Of a stretch of DNA of 64,000 nt, positions 51,369-64,000 are shown piece after piece. The stretch comes from Octopus vulgaris (taxonomy: Eukaryota). The position numbers and the translations under genes are program-made. The DNA lies in NCBI GenBank assembly GCA_951406725.2, contig OX597829.1:34162001-34226000 (forward strand), read 5' to 3'. Position 1 is the stretch's first letter, and every line of letters starts with the position of its first letter. Below the pieces are notes generated by a model. The model ran no database searches. It was given only the letters and a program-made list of their open reading frames with translations, and had not been told where the DNA came from.

Positions 51369-52188
51369 ATTTGAAAGTAAATTACAAATAGAAAACTCAT
51401 TTCAAAATATGTGTATAATTTCGTGATTTAATAACTTCAAAAAAAACAAAAAAAAGTGCAGCAATTAAAATTAGAAATTTAAACACTGTAACTTTTAAAC
51501 ATTTGCATATTCGTTTCGCTCAAGATATAAAAGTGTAGCCGGCATTAAACATACACACACACACCAAAAAAAAAGTCAAGATGCAATAAATGCTGTGTAT
51601 TCGAAGGCTTATTGCATATAAAAAAAAACAATGACTAACGGGATAAAAACTTGGTTTGGATAAAGTTTGTGTTGCACAACTTTGGTAGTGGGTAAACACA
51701 TGATGTCAAAACAAGTTTATATTTGTATTTCGCCACATAAATCTCCATACTGAACCTCACTACATATTTACGAGCATTTTCAAAATCAGGTATTTCAGTA
51801 TTCAAGCTTCTTCCAAAATTAACCGAAGATGTCGAAACACTAAACAGACAATCTTTCGCGAAAGAAAAAAAAAACCCCTGCAAAGTAGAATATAATTCGT
51901 ATTCTACAGAGTTTAACAAAAGGTAATATTTAGAGACTGCTGGGTATATAATACGCGTGCAAAAGAAGGCAATTCAACACAATTCTCTTAATGACACGGG
52001 ATAAAAATAATCGTAATTACGAAAATATTTCCGATATATAACTTTTAAAATTGTAACGATTAGATTTATTTTTAATATCAAACCTGAAACAAAAGCATTT
52101 CGGAAATACTTTAGATTGTTGTATATTCTTCGTGTAAATGTGATTTTGTTTTAAAAAAAAAATAGTAATTAGTTACACTAACACCTAC

Positions 52189-52250
52189 CTGTATAAAGTT
52201 ATAGATGGGCGCCATCTTCGTTACAAAGACATTAGGTGGAACCGGAAAGA
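52189..52250 (-). promoter_or_regulatory. RWDD4: Putative RWDD4 promoter and first exon containing ATG (MAPIYNFIQ, 52215-52189)
   Basis: AAGATGGCG (YY1/Kozak-like), ETS CCGGAA at 52242, donor CAG|gtaggt at 52188, CpG enrichment. Confidence 0.7.
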
Positions 52251-52559
52251 GTAGCGGTTTGAATTGCCCTCACTTTTGGCTCTCGGCAAGAGATTTGGGA
52301 TAATTTCTGTCGTAAAATTTACTGCTGGAAATAATATAAATAATATCGTTTGTACGTCATGATAGTTCTACCATATTCATTTTTAAAGCTGACTTTATGA
52401 ACGGTATGCGGAAATAAGTTCATTACCCTTTAGATCGTATAATAATAATAATAATAATAATAATTAAAAAAATGCATTTGTCGGTTGCGTTGAATTGATA
52501 CTATTCGGCATTTTTGTTTCTTTCTTTTCCCCTTTCCTTTTTCCAGCATTGGATTGCGA

Positions 52560-52920
52560 TCTGCGGAAAAACCCACCTCGAAGGGTTTTTAGTCGAACAA
52601 ATCGACCCCAGTATTTATTTATTTACAGTCTGATACTTTTTATACTGGTTTCTTCTGTTGAAGTGTTCTGTTACGGGAACGTAAACAAGCCAACACCAGC
52701 TGTCAAGTGGTGTGTGGACGCGCGCGCGCACACACAGACATACATGCATTTTACATGAGACGGACTTTTTTTTTCCAGTTGCCGCCGTCTTCCACCAAAT
52801 CCTCTTGCGAGATAGTGGTCGCCCGGAGATATAGTTGGAGACACTGGCTCAAGATGTCACGCAATGGGACTGAACCCGAAACCATGTAATTGGAAGCAAA
52901 CTTCTTACCGCATTCCCAGG
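52560..52920 (-). mobile_element. Diverged tRNA-derived SINE; inverted sister copy at about 54785-55045
   Basis: Same family motifs as 54101-54482; shares private changes with 54785-55045. Confidence 0.75.
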
Positions 52921-54100
52921 CCTTTCTTATTTTACCTTACATGTTAAATATTTTTGTTTACATATTTCACTAATAAATCATCTGACATTCATTTCCGTTT
53001 CATAACAATCGTCTTTCATAAACAATCAATCGAACTTTGCGCAATAAATCATTCGGATTATTATCATTATACAGATAAATTAGATCACGACCACGTTCAT
53101 ACTTACTGTATTTGCCGGCATATAAGACACACGCATAAGACGTACCCCTATTTTAAGTATATTTTGTGGTAAACATGAGAGAAATGTATGAAAGCTGATA
53201 GGCTGCGTGATGTCGCCGAAAATCATCATCGTTGGTAATTTGTTTAAATGTCCGGGTTACAAATGTGGAAGATTGTTGGTGTGGCTGCACTTTCTAACGA
53301 ATAGTCTCTGATGTGGAGAAAAGTTTACTGGTGGTGAAATATTGGTTTGTTATTTATCTGTATGTTGACACATCGTAAAACCAAATCCAACATTAACACG
53401 TGGCAGTTATGGTACTTGTACCGAAAGATCGCCCAATATTTATATTTTTATAGTTGTTTGCCAGTAGTGTATAGTGGTGTGCTAGAAATAAATGTACTTC
53501 ATAATTACATTAATAACAGAAAAGGTGGGAATAATGCTCTGTCCACCTAATCGAAGATTCCTTTAACCCAGAGCTGAGCTGCTATCAAGGAAATTTGTCT
53601 TTTCATAGGGCTTGTTGTTTGTGCATTCAAAGTGTGGCTCTGGTTTGTTTACGACTAAGAATTAGCTGGCTACTTATTTGTGTGATGAGAGATGAGGACA
53701 TTACGTTTATACTGTACATACTGGGAGAAGTGCATCGATGACAAAGTAATTCTCTTAAAAACAGGGACCAAGAATCCTGTATTTGTCTATCTTCTTGAGA
53801 ACTGTCATGAAACTCTGATTCTGGCACGAATTTGCCTTTATAACCCCTGTTATGAGGGAACATGAAAGAGCATTCCATAATATGGGGTGATATTCCAATA
53901 AGCTGATTGATTAGTATTCAAAGCACATCACCTCAGCTAAGAATGATGTGAACCTAGTTACTAAGGCTATTGGTTTCGATTCTAGGCCTTGCAACATTGA
54001 ATATAAATTCAGTGTTGTGACAGTATACTGGACCAAAGTAGGAAACCATAAATTTATCTAATGATTTGTAGGTATATGGTATTTCGTTATGCAGTCATAT

Positions 54101-54482
54101 TACTCTTTTACTTGTTTCAGTCATTTGACTGCGGCCATGCTGGAGCACCGCCTTTAGTCGAGCAAATCGACCCCGGGACTTATTCTTTGTAAGCCCAGTA
54201 CTTATTCTATCGGTCTCTTTTGCCGAACCGCTAATGTGACGGGGACGTAAACACACCAGCATCGGTTGTCAAGTAATGCTAGGGGGACAAACACACACAT
54301 ATATATATATACATATATACGACAGGCTTCTTTCAGTTTCCGTCTACCAAATCCACTCACAAGGCATTGGTCGGCCCGGGGCTATAGTAGAAGACACTTG
54401 CCCAAGATGCCACACAGTGGGATTGAACCCGGAACCATGTGGTTGGTTAGCAATCTACTTACCACACAGCCACTCCTGCGCC
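54101..54482 (-). mobile_element. Full-length tRNA-derived SINE (octopus-type)
   Basis: A box TGGCTGTGTGG, B box GGTTCAATCCC, central (TA/TG)n tract, tail gactgaaacaagtaaaagagta; sister copy at 61839-62148. Confidence 0.9.
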
Positions 54483-55161
54483 TATTATACTATAAAGTAT
54501 ATTAATTGTTTCTTATAAGTCAATACCAAGTTTACCATATTAGCAGTGCTTTTTGATATTATTTTAAGGTTATTTCTACAGATATTCTATAGAAATTATA
54601 ACCAGCATTGATTTTTTTGTTACGTTTTGTATCGAGACATCAGATGTGGTAACAGTGAAATCAAAGACAAAAATGGGTTATGAGTGTATATGTCATATAT
54701 CACGGGAATGTTGCCCTTCATCAGCACTCATCTAAACCATTCTCACATCCAAACACATTGCTCATATAGCACACATGGGTGTTCCAATCACATGGTTTCC
54801 GGTTCAGTCCCATTGCGTGACATCTTGAGCCAGTGTCTCCAACTATATCTCCAGGCGACCACTATCTCGCAAGAGGATTTGGTGGAAGACGGCAACTGGA
54901 AAAAAAAGTCCGCCTCATGTAAATGCATGTATGTGTGTGTGCGTGTGCGACCAAACAATACTTGACAACTGGTGTTGGCTTGTTTACATTCCTGTAACTG
55001 AACAGTTCAATAAAAGAAACCAGTATGAAAAGTATCAGACTGAAAATAAATATAGCCACAGCATACAGCGGTGTTACCAATATATATATTAAACGTATTC
55101 CCGGCGTGACACAGTAGAACATGGTAGACTTATAAAAACATTTAATATACTTTATAGTATA

Positions 55162-55682
55162 CTAGCAGTATCGCCCGGCGTTGCTCGGATTTGTAAGGGA
55201 GATAACTATATAAGCATTTTTAGAGAGTTACTTCCCTTATAGATGCCAATTCGGGCTTTCTTAGCCATTTCTGTTTTCGTGTCGGATCTTCAAGCGATGA
55301 AGTCGTTGTTCTAAAAGAACGCTGGTCTCCTTGACAACGCTTTACGACGTTGATTTCCTTACACTCCCTTCCCCACAGCTTCACGAGGGAGGGAAGAAGG
55401 GGGAGAAGCAACACAGGTGCAGGTGTGAGCATGGACGCCAACTCCGCCGCCATCGACACACGAAAAATTATGCATTAAAATGGAATAAAAAATGATGTTA
55501 AATTATTTTTAAAATCGTAGACTCATCGTAGACGCGCGATAATACTCAGACGGGCTCGATATGAATCACGACTATAAGATACCCGACTTTGGTTAAACTG
55601 CACCGCAAAATGTGGGAGTAGTTAGGAATCTAAATCGAAGGGGACAGACACTCACACAACTACAGTTTTATATATATATAGA
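55162..55682 (-). mobile_element. Non-autonomous Helitron
   Basis: A|TCTATATATA...hairpin...CTAG|T on the minus strand; homologous to 10045-10450. Confidence 0.88.
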
Positions 55683-56599
55683 TTATGGTTGCATAACAAA
55701 ATCCCACCTACAAATCCTCATTCTTTATATACCAGTTTAATATGTAAATTGGTATCTCCAATAACTTAACACTGCTGTATGCAGTGGCCATATAAGCAAT
55801 GTGTTCGGCAGTGAGAATGTGTTAGATGAGTGCTGATGAAGGGGCAAAGATCTCTGAAATATGGCATATACACGCGTTACCCATATTTGTCTTCAATCTC
55901 ATCATTTGTTTACATCTGACATCTTGATATGAAATGTTATAGCAAAAAATCAGTGCTGGCTATAATTTCTATAGAATATCTGTAGAAATGATATTAACAA
56001 AATAACATAAATTTATTATATATAAGCTATTATACAAGTACCATTTAAATTTTTTTTTTTTGGCAGATTGACTGTATAGTTGTTTCATTTTGGTCAAGAG
56101 AATTGTAATACAGGATATGTATCTCATATTTCTGGCTATGATATTTTGTGTAACAATGATCAACTGCCAGAGTGACGCACCTCTCTAGAATTTTATGTGG
56201 AGAGGTTAAATGAATCTCGTTATATCTCCTTCAATAACATATGTAACCCCACCATGACTCAGTGGTTTGGTACAAATGAACCGATAGAATAAGTAGAAAG
56301 TTTTAAAATAAGTAATAGGGCTGATTTGATCCATCAGACCTTTCAAGGAAGTGCTACCAGCATGGTCACAGTCCACTGAATAAAAAGAATGACTACATTG
56401 AATAATACCAGTCAGGATGTGCTGCCGGAAAAATATATGGAATAGAATACCTTTGATGACAGACCTTACTGGTCCAGGACTAACCTGGTACTAAACAACA
56501 ATAACATCTAGCAACAAATTTGTGTATGTGTGTGTGTGTGTGTGTGGCAGTGTAAGTATATGTACTACTCTTTCCCAGTATGTTAGAATTAGCAGTTAC

Positions 56600-57290
56600 A
56601 TTGCCTTTTGACAATTTTCTCACCAATCCCTTTTCATGTCTTTTTTCAACAGATTATTCAGTGGCGCCCTCACCTTACACATATTTGGAATATAATTTTG
56701 GAATAATTTGCCAGTTCTAAAAATGCTTGTAAAGTCACTATGTTTGTCAGAGGGGGCATATTTTTATTGCATTTGCCTTGGTGGGTCTGGTCAATGTCCA
56801 TTTCTATCAAGGATTTGTCTTAAATATCTTATTTTCAGTAAGAAAAATTCACACTTTTCTTCATTCAAAGTAAAGTCGTAATCCCTAGTTTTTTAATACG
56901 TATTTTACCTGCTGTATGTGTTGGTTCCTGGATTCACTTTCCACGAGTATATCATCCAGATATGGAATTGCGAATTCACAGTCTGCTAACATTACATCCA
57001 TAATCTGTTGAAAAATTGCTGGTGCAACTTTTAAGCCAAATGGTAAACTGTTGTATTTATACAGTCCTTATGTGTGTTAATTATTAGGCATTTAGAGCAT
57101 TCATTGTCCACTCTCTAATATGTTAGAGTGATCCAATTTAGAAAATAGCTTGTCACCTTTTAATTTCATGAAATTATCCTCCAGAGTAGGTAGTGGATAG
57201 TGGCATGTATTAAGACATTTGTTTAAACCAATGGAAAAAATAAAACACACACTCTGATTTTGTTATCCTTTTTCTTAATGTATTCAGTTG
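56600..57290 (-). mobile_element. Gypsy RT remnant
   Basis: FSKLD and LPFGLKVAPAIFQQIMD on the minus strand. Confidence 0.75.
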
Positions 57291-57364
57291 GTGATTCCCA
57301 TACAGAATATTCCACTTTTTAGATAACTCCAATTTTTTCTAGTTTCTCTAACTCTGAAAATACA

Positions 57365-57985
57365 AGAAAATACAATAAGTGGCTTCCAAATAGGAAAGTC
57401 TTGTGCTAGAAAGAGCAGTAGAAAACTAAAAACGTTTTTAATTTTCATTCCTTTCGAAAATTTATCCTTATTTGGTGGTGTTGAGTTTTCTACTGCTCTT
57501 TTTAGCACAAGGCTTTCTTATTTGGAAGCCTCTTATTGTAGTTCTATGTGAATAATATATAGTCTAGTGACTAATTCGTGCTAGGCCACTGGTAGTAATA
57601 ATTTCTTATTACTCTATTGTTATTTATTATGTTTATATGTTCTCTGATGAATTTGTTCGAAATTTTTACCAGCATCCTCTCTGTCGCCGGGTATAATCTG
57701 CGTCTGCGCAGTGGTCTGAAAAGTTAGAATATACAAGCGGTTAGTTTTACATGTGGATCTGGCTGTGTTGTGTATTTGAATTCGAAAGGCTGTCCCACTG
57801 ATGAAACTGGCCTTCAGCAAATATTTTTTTGCTGGAAATAGTTAGAAACCATGGTCTGGGAAATAATTGAGATGGTAAACTTTAATTTTCATTCCTTTCA
57901 AAAATTTATCCTTATTTGGTGGTTTTGAGTTTTCTACTGCTCTTTCTAGCTCAAGGCTTTCCTATTTGGAAGCCTCTTATTGTAT
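57365..57985. mobile_element. Penelope-like pLTR array: one inverted and two direct copies, with hammerheads
   Basis: About 105-bp block at 57437-57541 and 57881-57985, inverted copy at about 57370-57427; hammerhead motifs at 57644 and 57798. Confidence 0.75.
57793..57861 (+). ncRNA. Type I hammerhead ribozyme motif, canonical core, GUC cleavage site
   Basis: tccca-CTGATGA-aactg..ttcagcaaa..tttgctggaa..tagtt-a-GAAAC-catg-GTC-tggga. Confidence 0.82.
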
Positions 57986-58719
57986 TTATATATATATAGA
58001 TAGATAGATAGAGAGAGAGAGAGACAGACAGACAGATAGATCAATCTAGATACATGTGATTAAAGGAACATAACCAATGTTATATCCTCTTGTATCCCCC
58101 TTATCAATGAAAAATATATTTTTTTAATGTTCTAATTGCATATGAAGTCCTTAAGCTTTTCTTGGAGCTTTCTTATTCTCACAGTGTGGCCAGATGTCAT
58201 TGGTAGTTGGTCAGTCTTCATCTGTGGCACTGTGAGCTGGGCATGCTGGACTAGAACTGCTGGAGCACTAATGTTTGCTGTGGGGTCAGCACCACTGTAG
58301 GCTGACACAGGTATATTATTGTCTCTTGTCTGTTAGACTGGTTAACAGAATATGACCTGTTTTTGTGGTCTGTATATCTCCTGCAAGTGTCATCTGATGA
58401 GTCTTTCATCATTGTGCATTCTGACAATGTAACTATGTTTCCCTGCATTTATCTTCAACTGTTGCTGGATGCATGTGTTTTTTTTCTTGAAGGACAGAAA
58501 GGTCTTTTGCATTTCTACTGTAGTGCTGTTGTTATTTTCTACTTTTGTTGTAAAATAGTAATCACCCTAGATGCATATCCCAATCAACAGAGGAGAACAT
58601 AACCTGCATTTCAAGTCATTCAGCAAATGAAGAAATATTCAAATTAAATTAGGATTACTATAACTTAGCACTAGAGAAGGCAGGAACAGGGAAAAATTAA
58701 ATTTCTGTAATGGAAACCT

Positions 58720-59312
58720 CATCATCATCATCATCACCATCATCATCAGCAGCAGCATTTAATGTCTGTTTTCCATTCATGGGTTAGATGGTTTGACTGG
58801 AACTGGTAAACCAGAGAGCTGCACCAGGTTCCAGTTTGATTTGGCATGGTTTCCATGGCTGGATGCCTTTCCTAATGCTAACTACTCCAAGAGTATAATG
58901 GGTGCTCTTTACGTGCAACCAGCACAGGTACCATTTACACGACACTGGCAATGGCCATGACTAAGATTTCCCTTAGCTTGACGAATCTTCTCAAGCATTG
59001 CATATCGCCAAAGATCTCAGTCACTTGTCATCGCCTATGTGAGGTCTAACATTCGAAGATCACACTTGACCACCTTGCCCCTCACCTCTGTAGGGCCTAA
59101 CATTTGAAACCAGCAATGGCCACTACTATGATTTCATTTGGCTTGATTAGTCCTCTCAAGCACAGCATATTGCCAAAGGTCTTAGACACTTGCTATCCAC
59201 CTCTGTGAGACCCAACATTCAAAGATTACGCTTCCAGCAACGGCCATGACTATGGTTTCATTTGGCTTGATGAGTCCTCTTAAGCACAACATATCACCAA
59301 AGGCCTCAGTCA
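58720..59312 (-). mobile_element. RTE 3' end with triplicated C-terminal/UTR segment
   Basis: (CAT)n tail at 58720; block gcaatggcc..ggcttga..ctcaagcac..ccaaagg at about 58947, 59111 and 59235. Confidence 0.7.
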
Positions 59313-59611
59313 CTAAGAATAAATAAGACAGACAATCTTAACACTAGTTACAGAATACTTGATAACCAGAAAAGCACCACAAACTATGAAGTGAGGATGA
59401 GGACAAAAACTAAAGGTGGAAAGTTTGAAAACATAGAACATAATTGCAGAGCACCTAACAACAAAAGAAGTGTAGGGATGTAAAGGGATTTGTACCCCAT
59501 CAGAATTAAACAACCAGAATAGCAATGGAAGCATTAATAAGCTGCACTTTAGTAACTTTACCATGGAAACTCACACACTTGCACTATGCAAGCAACAAAT
59601 GGATACTATAA

Positions 59612-60290
59612 TAAACAGAGGAATTCAAAACTGGGTGCCCATGGGAACTGCTATATGCTGAAGACCTTGCTCTAATTGCAGAATTGGAGAAGAAATTCCA
59701 GGTATAGAAACAAAACCTGGAATCAAAGAGCCTTAAAATTAACCTAGCTAAGACAAAAGTGGTTGTCAGTAAGAAAGATAAAACTTGCTTTCCATCAAGC
59801 AAATGGCCCTGCTCCATAAGTAGGGAAGGAGTTGGAAGAAATTCCATTCACTGCACCCATTATAAACTATGGATACATAAGAAGTGCAGAGGAATCACAA
59901 GTAGATTAACAGATAAAGTTGTCTTTGTACATGGCACATGTACCAGGAACAATAAGCACTAAGAGCACACAGGAATTATATTCTCTCAAATGCCCAGGAG
60001 GCTCGCTTGAGGTTGTGGATAGTTTCTGTTACCTAGGTGAGCAAATTAGCAATGGTGGAGGATGTTCTGAAAGTATTGTTTCTAGAATAAGAATTGGGTA
60101 GAGGAAGTTCAGACAGCTACTACCTTTATTGGCAACAAAAGGACTCTCTCTCAGAGTGAAAGGTAGACTATAAGATGTTTTGTACAAACAGCTATACTCC
60201 ATGGTAGTGAGACATGGGCTCTGAATGCAGAAAAAACATGAGTAGACTGGAAAGAAATGAAGGTAGTATGCTCTGTTGGATGTGCAATAT
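59612..60290 (+). mobile_element. Decayed RTE fragment
   Basis: EEFKTGCPWELLYAEDL, KWPCSI and LEVVDSFCYLG. Confidence 0.85.
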
Positions 60291-61424
60291 CATTTCCTTT
60301 GCAGTAGCGCATCTGCTTCTGTCTTCATTTCTGATTTCCCTCTCTCTCCAGCCAGGTAACTTTATATCTCCTCTAAAGCAAGATACCTGCTTCTGTCTCT
60401 TTACCTCACTATACCCTTTCATCATCCAACACAGGATAACCTCATCCAAATCCCCTCCCCTCTCAAAAACGTTTTTTTTTTGTGTGTTGCAAGGTACTTG
60501 GTGACCCTGTCAGTGCAGGTGCCACTTAAAAGCACCCAGTCCATACTATAAAGTGGTTGGCATTTGAAAGGGCATCCAGCTGTAAAAACCTTGCCTGTGC
60601 TTGTGCCATGTAAAAAAGCAGTAAGTCCACTCTGCTGAGTGGTTGGTGTTAGTAAGGGCATCCAGCTGTAAAAATCCTGCCAAAACAGTTACAGAAGTCT
60701 GGTGCAGGCTTCTGCCTGGCTGGCTCTTGTCAAACTGTCTCACCCATGCTGGCATGGAAGGCAGATGTTAAACAATGATGATGATGAAGGTGTTGATTAG
60801 GATGAATGTACATTTTCATTGGACTTTGAACTCTTTTTATTTTCATACTCTATAGGGGTGACTGCACCCAGTTAAGAATCACTTTTTTTCTCTTCTTCCT
60901 CTTTTTTCTTATCTTTCCCATCCTACTTCCTAACATTAACATCTTGAAAGGTCATTTAGCCACTACCTCCTACTATGTATATAACAAGGAAATGTGTATA
61001 TTAGCAAATATGTTGATAGGTATACAGTGAGAAAGGAAAGAGAAGAAAAAAAGAAAAAAGAAATAAAAAATACTTTCTGGAATTGGAATGAAATTTCAAT
61101 GGGCTGATCACATCAAACTGAACAGAAAACTTTCCCTCTATCTTTCCTTCCCCACCGACTTTGCTTTTCTTCTTCTTTCTCGATTGTCCTGCTCCCTATC
61201 TTCCTCTCTTTCTCCCCTCCTCCAAAAAACAAGATTTTCTCCTCTCCTTAGTAAAGCAAAACAAACGTCTACTCTTCAATTCATATAAAGGACAAAGAAA
61301 TGTTCTGCTTTTATTATTTTGGTTTTCATTTTTTTCTTGAAAAGTTCAGTTAAATGAATGAAAGTGCTAATACCCCTTTTTCTCAATATATACATATAAA
61401 CACATGCAAGCACATGATTCATAT

Positions 61425-62726
61425 GCCAGGGTGATCCCTTGAAGTAGTACATAGTTTCTGTTACTTAGGTGACCAAGTCAGGAGTAGGGATGGTTGTTCC
61501 AAAAGCATACCTACTAGAATAAGAATAGGCTGGGCGAAGTTCAGAGAGCTGTTAGTAATGAAGACACTCCCTCAGAGTGAAAAGCAAATTGTGTGATGCC
61601 TGTGTACAAACAGCTATGCTACATGGCAGTGAAACATGGGCTGTGACTACTGAAGATAAGTGAAGACTTAAAAGAAATGAAGCCAGTATGCTTCACTGGA
61701 TGGATAATGTCAATGTGCATATATGACAGTGTGTAAGTGATTTCAGAGAAAAACTGACTGGCGATGCTCCAGCATGGCCACAGCTCGTGAGCTGAAACTA
61801 GATAAAATATATAAAAAAAATATATATATATATATATATTGGGCAAGTGTCTTCTGCTATAGCCCCGGGCTGACCAATGCCTTGTGAGTGGATTTGATAG
61901 ACAGAAACTGAAAGAAGCCTGTCGTATATATATATATATGTGTATTTGTGTGTCTGTGTTTGTCCCCCTAGCATTGCTTGACAACCGATGCTGGTGTGTT
62001 TACGTCCCTGTCACTTAGCGGTTCGGCAAAAGAGACCGATAGAATAAGTACTGGACTTACAGAGAATAAGTCCCGGGGTCGATGTGCTCGACTAAAGGCG
62101 GTGCTCCAGCATGGCCACAGTCAAATGACTGAAACAAGTAAAAAGAGTATATATATATATAAAAATATATATATATGTAGCATCAGATGTAGTGTGCAAG
62201 AGAGAAGACTGCGCTGGTATGGCCATGTAATACGTATGAATGAATACAGTTGCATCAATAGGTACCAATCTCTAATTGTAGAGAGGATGTGTGGAAGGGG
62301 TACACCCAGGAAGGCATGGGATGAAGTGGCAAGAAAGGATCTACAGATGTTGGGACCCACAGCAGAGATGACAGAGGACTGAGACTCCTGGCAGTTTGCT
62401 GTGCTTGAAAAGACACATCAAGCTAAGAAAAAGCATGGTTGCTCTTGCATAAAGGCTTGTCCACTGCAACCCTCTCTAGCTGAGCATCTCTAATCTTGCA
62501 GGCTTGTAGGTACTGGTGCCACATAAATAGCACCTGTGCTGGTGCTATGTAAAAGCACCCAGCACAGTCTGTAAAGTGGCTGGCATTAGGAAAGGCATCC
62601 AGCTGTAGAAACCATGCCAAAACAGACATGGAGCCTGAACAGCCCTTCAGCTGGTCAGCTCATGACAAACTGTCCAACCCATGCCAGCATGGAGAACAGA
62701 TGTTAAATGATGATGATGATGATGAT
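61425..62726 (+). mobile_element. RTE 3' fragment interrupted by SINE sequence (about 61760-62150)
   Basis: HGSETWAVT before and VQERRLRWYGHV after the SINE; (GAT)n tail. Confidence 0.85.
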
Positions 62727-62742
62727 ATTTTATATATATATA

Positions 62743-63114
62743 TCTCTCTATATATAAACGGCAGTTTGTCTGTGCGTGTTTGTGTGTGTCTGTTTGCTTG
62801 TACCCTCACCCTGACCACGGCTTTCAACCGATTCTGATGAAACGTGACACACACATAGCCCAATGTCATAATTCAAAACTAACGCAGCGAAAATTTTGAA
62901 AAGTTCCCCCAGTTCTGAAAAAAATCGATAAATTCGACATGGGGTCGAGAATCAGAAACACAAACCACAGACTGTCTAGGAGACGCAACTCGACCTTTTT
63001 AACTAAAAAAAATTTACCATCATTTTTTTTTTCCATTTTTTGGCTATAACTCTCTAAAAATGCTTTATAGTTATTTCCCTTACAAACCCGAGCAACGCCG
63101 GGCGATACTGCTAG
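62743..63114 (+). mobile_element. Non-autonomous Helitron (different body, shared 3' end)
   Basis: A|TC start; last ~110 bp nearly identical to 10820-10934; CTAG|T. Confidence 0.85.
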
Positions 63115-63884
63115 TATATATATAAAAATACACACACACACTAAAAGACATATCATTGCATGTATGACACTATGAATATACATGGCACATACACACACAC
63201 ACACACCAAGATAAAACCCACAGAAACAGACATATAGACATAAATCTATTAAAGGAGACCTTAGAAATATACAGTTAATTATATAAAGACAACTAGATAT
63301 ATAAAAAGGAATTATAAATTGTTTATAACAACTGTTAATATCGAAAATATGTAAAAAGTATAACCTGATCTATAGTAGAAAATATATCAATCCGCATTGT
63401 TAATCTCTCAGGAAATGTGAATGTATTTAAACTAAAAGAGGACTTTTATAATTTTGCATTAGAGAAGACGATATAGAGAAAAATTAAAATTCTTTAACGG
63501 TAGTAATAATAGAAATAATATAAGTAGTGGGATGGACCATACTAACAATAATCATAATAGTATGCATAATATGAAAAACACCACAAATCAAAAAGAACAG
63601 ACTGTAGGAAGAGTTAAAGACAGAAAATCTGTGCAATTAGAATATAACAATAGAGTACTTAGAAACAAAAAGAAGAGAACAAATTTACTTGAATATGTGC
63701 CCATTAAAGTACAAAGTGGCTTAGATATGAATGGACTTACTAGGTTAGGTAAACAATATATAAACTCTATAAATAGTAATATAAAAATAACTGATAAATA
63801 TAATGTCAAATATAATAGCAAACAAACCCAATGCCATAATAAGAATCAGATAAATAGATTACACAGTTTTACTAAAAGTATAGG

Positions 63885-63990
63885 TAGAAATGCAAGTGAT
63901 TACAGTAGAGGTGCAGTGCTTTCACACAGATATGATGATGGGAGTGAAAAGGCTATAACATGTCATAATCGTTTTTACAAGCAGAAATGA
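63885..63990 (+). mobile_element. Gypsy RNase H-like fragment
   Basis: NASDYSRGAVLSH..DGSEKAI. Confidence 0.55.
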
Positions 63991-64000
63991 ACTACACCCA

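Noticed and set aside
54410-54482. tRNA gene
   Set aside because: A/B boxes belong to a SINE head continuing into the SINE body
62828-62850. CTGATGA in the Helitron body as a hammerhead
   Set aside because: No helix I/II/III context; GAAA overlaps the box

Overview
AT-rich, microsatellite- and transposon-dense animal genomic DNA. The SINE and RTE families with (GAT)n tails suggest an octopus (inference). Two spliced minus-strand genes were read by hand. The first is a complete RWDD4 gene: 6 coding exons giving about 193 aa, plus a putative upstream first exon at 52189-52215. The second is the 5' end of an FG-nucleoporin, most likely NUP98-96: a non-coding exon 1 near 23000 and coding exons at 6280-6319 and 2591-2623, with the gene continuing off the left edge. 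The rest is decayed mobile DNA: RTE and CR1-group LINEs, tRNA-derived SINEs, Penelope-like (GIY-YIG) elements, non-autonomous Helitrons, and piggyBac, Merlin, Tc1/mariner and Gypsy relics. The main hidden signal is a dense set of minimal type I hammerhead ribozyme motifs: about 8 clear ones plus several degenerate. They have palindromic helix III, sit in inverted or tandem repeats, and include a 346-bp retrozyme-like tandem dimer. Three lie sense to the host transcription units. Also notable are a near-identical 155-bp segment shared by two RWDD4 introns, a possible uORF versus alternative N-terminus splicing switch in RWDD4, and a PHD finger embedded in the RTE ORF. All calls are from manual reading; no searches or folding programs were run.
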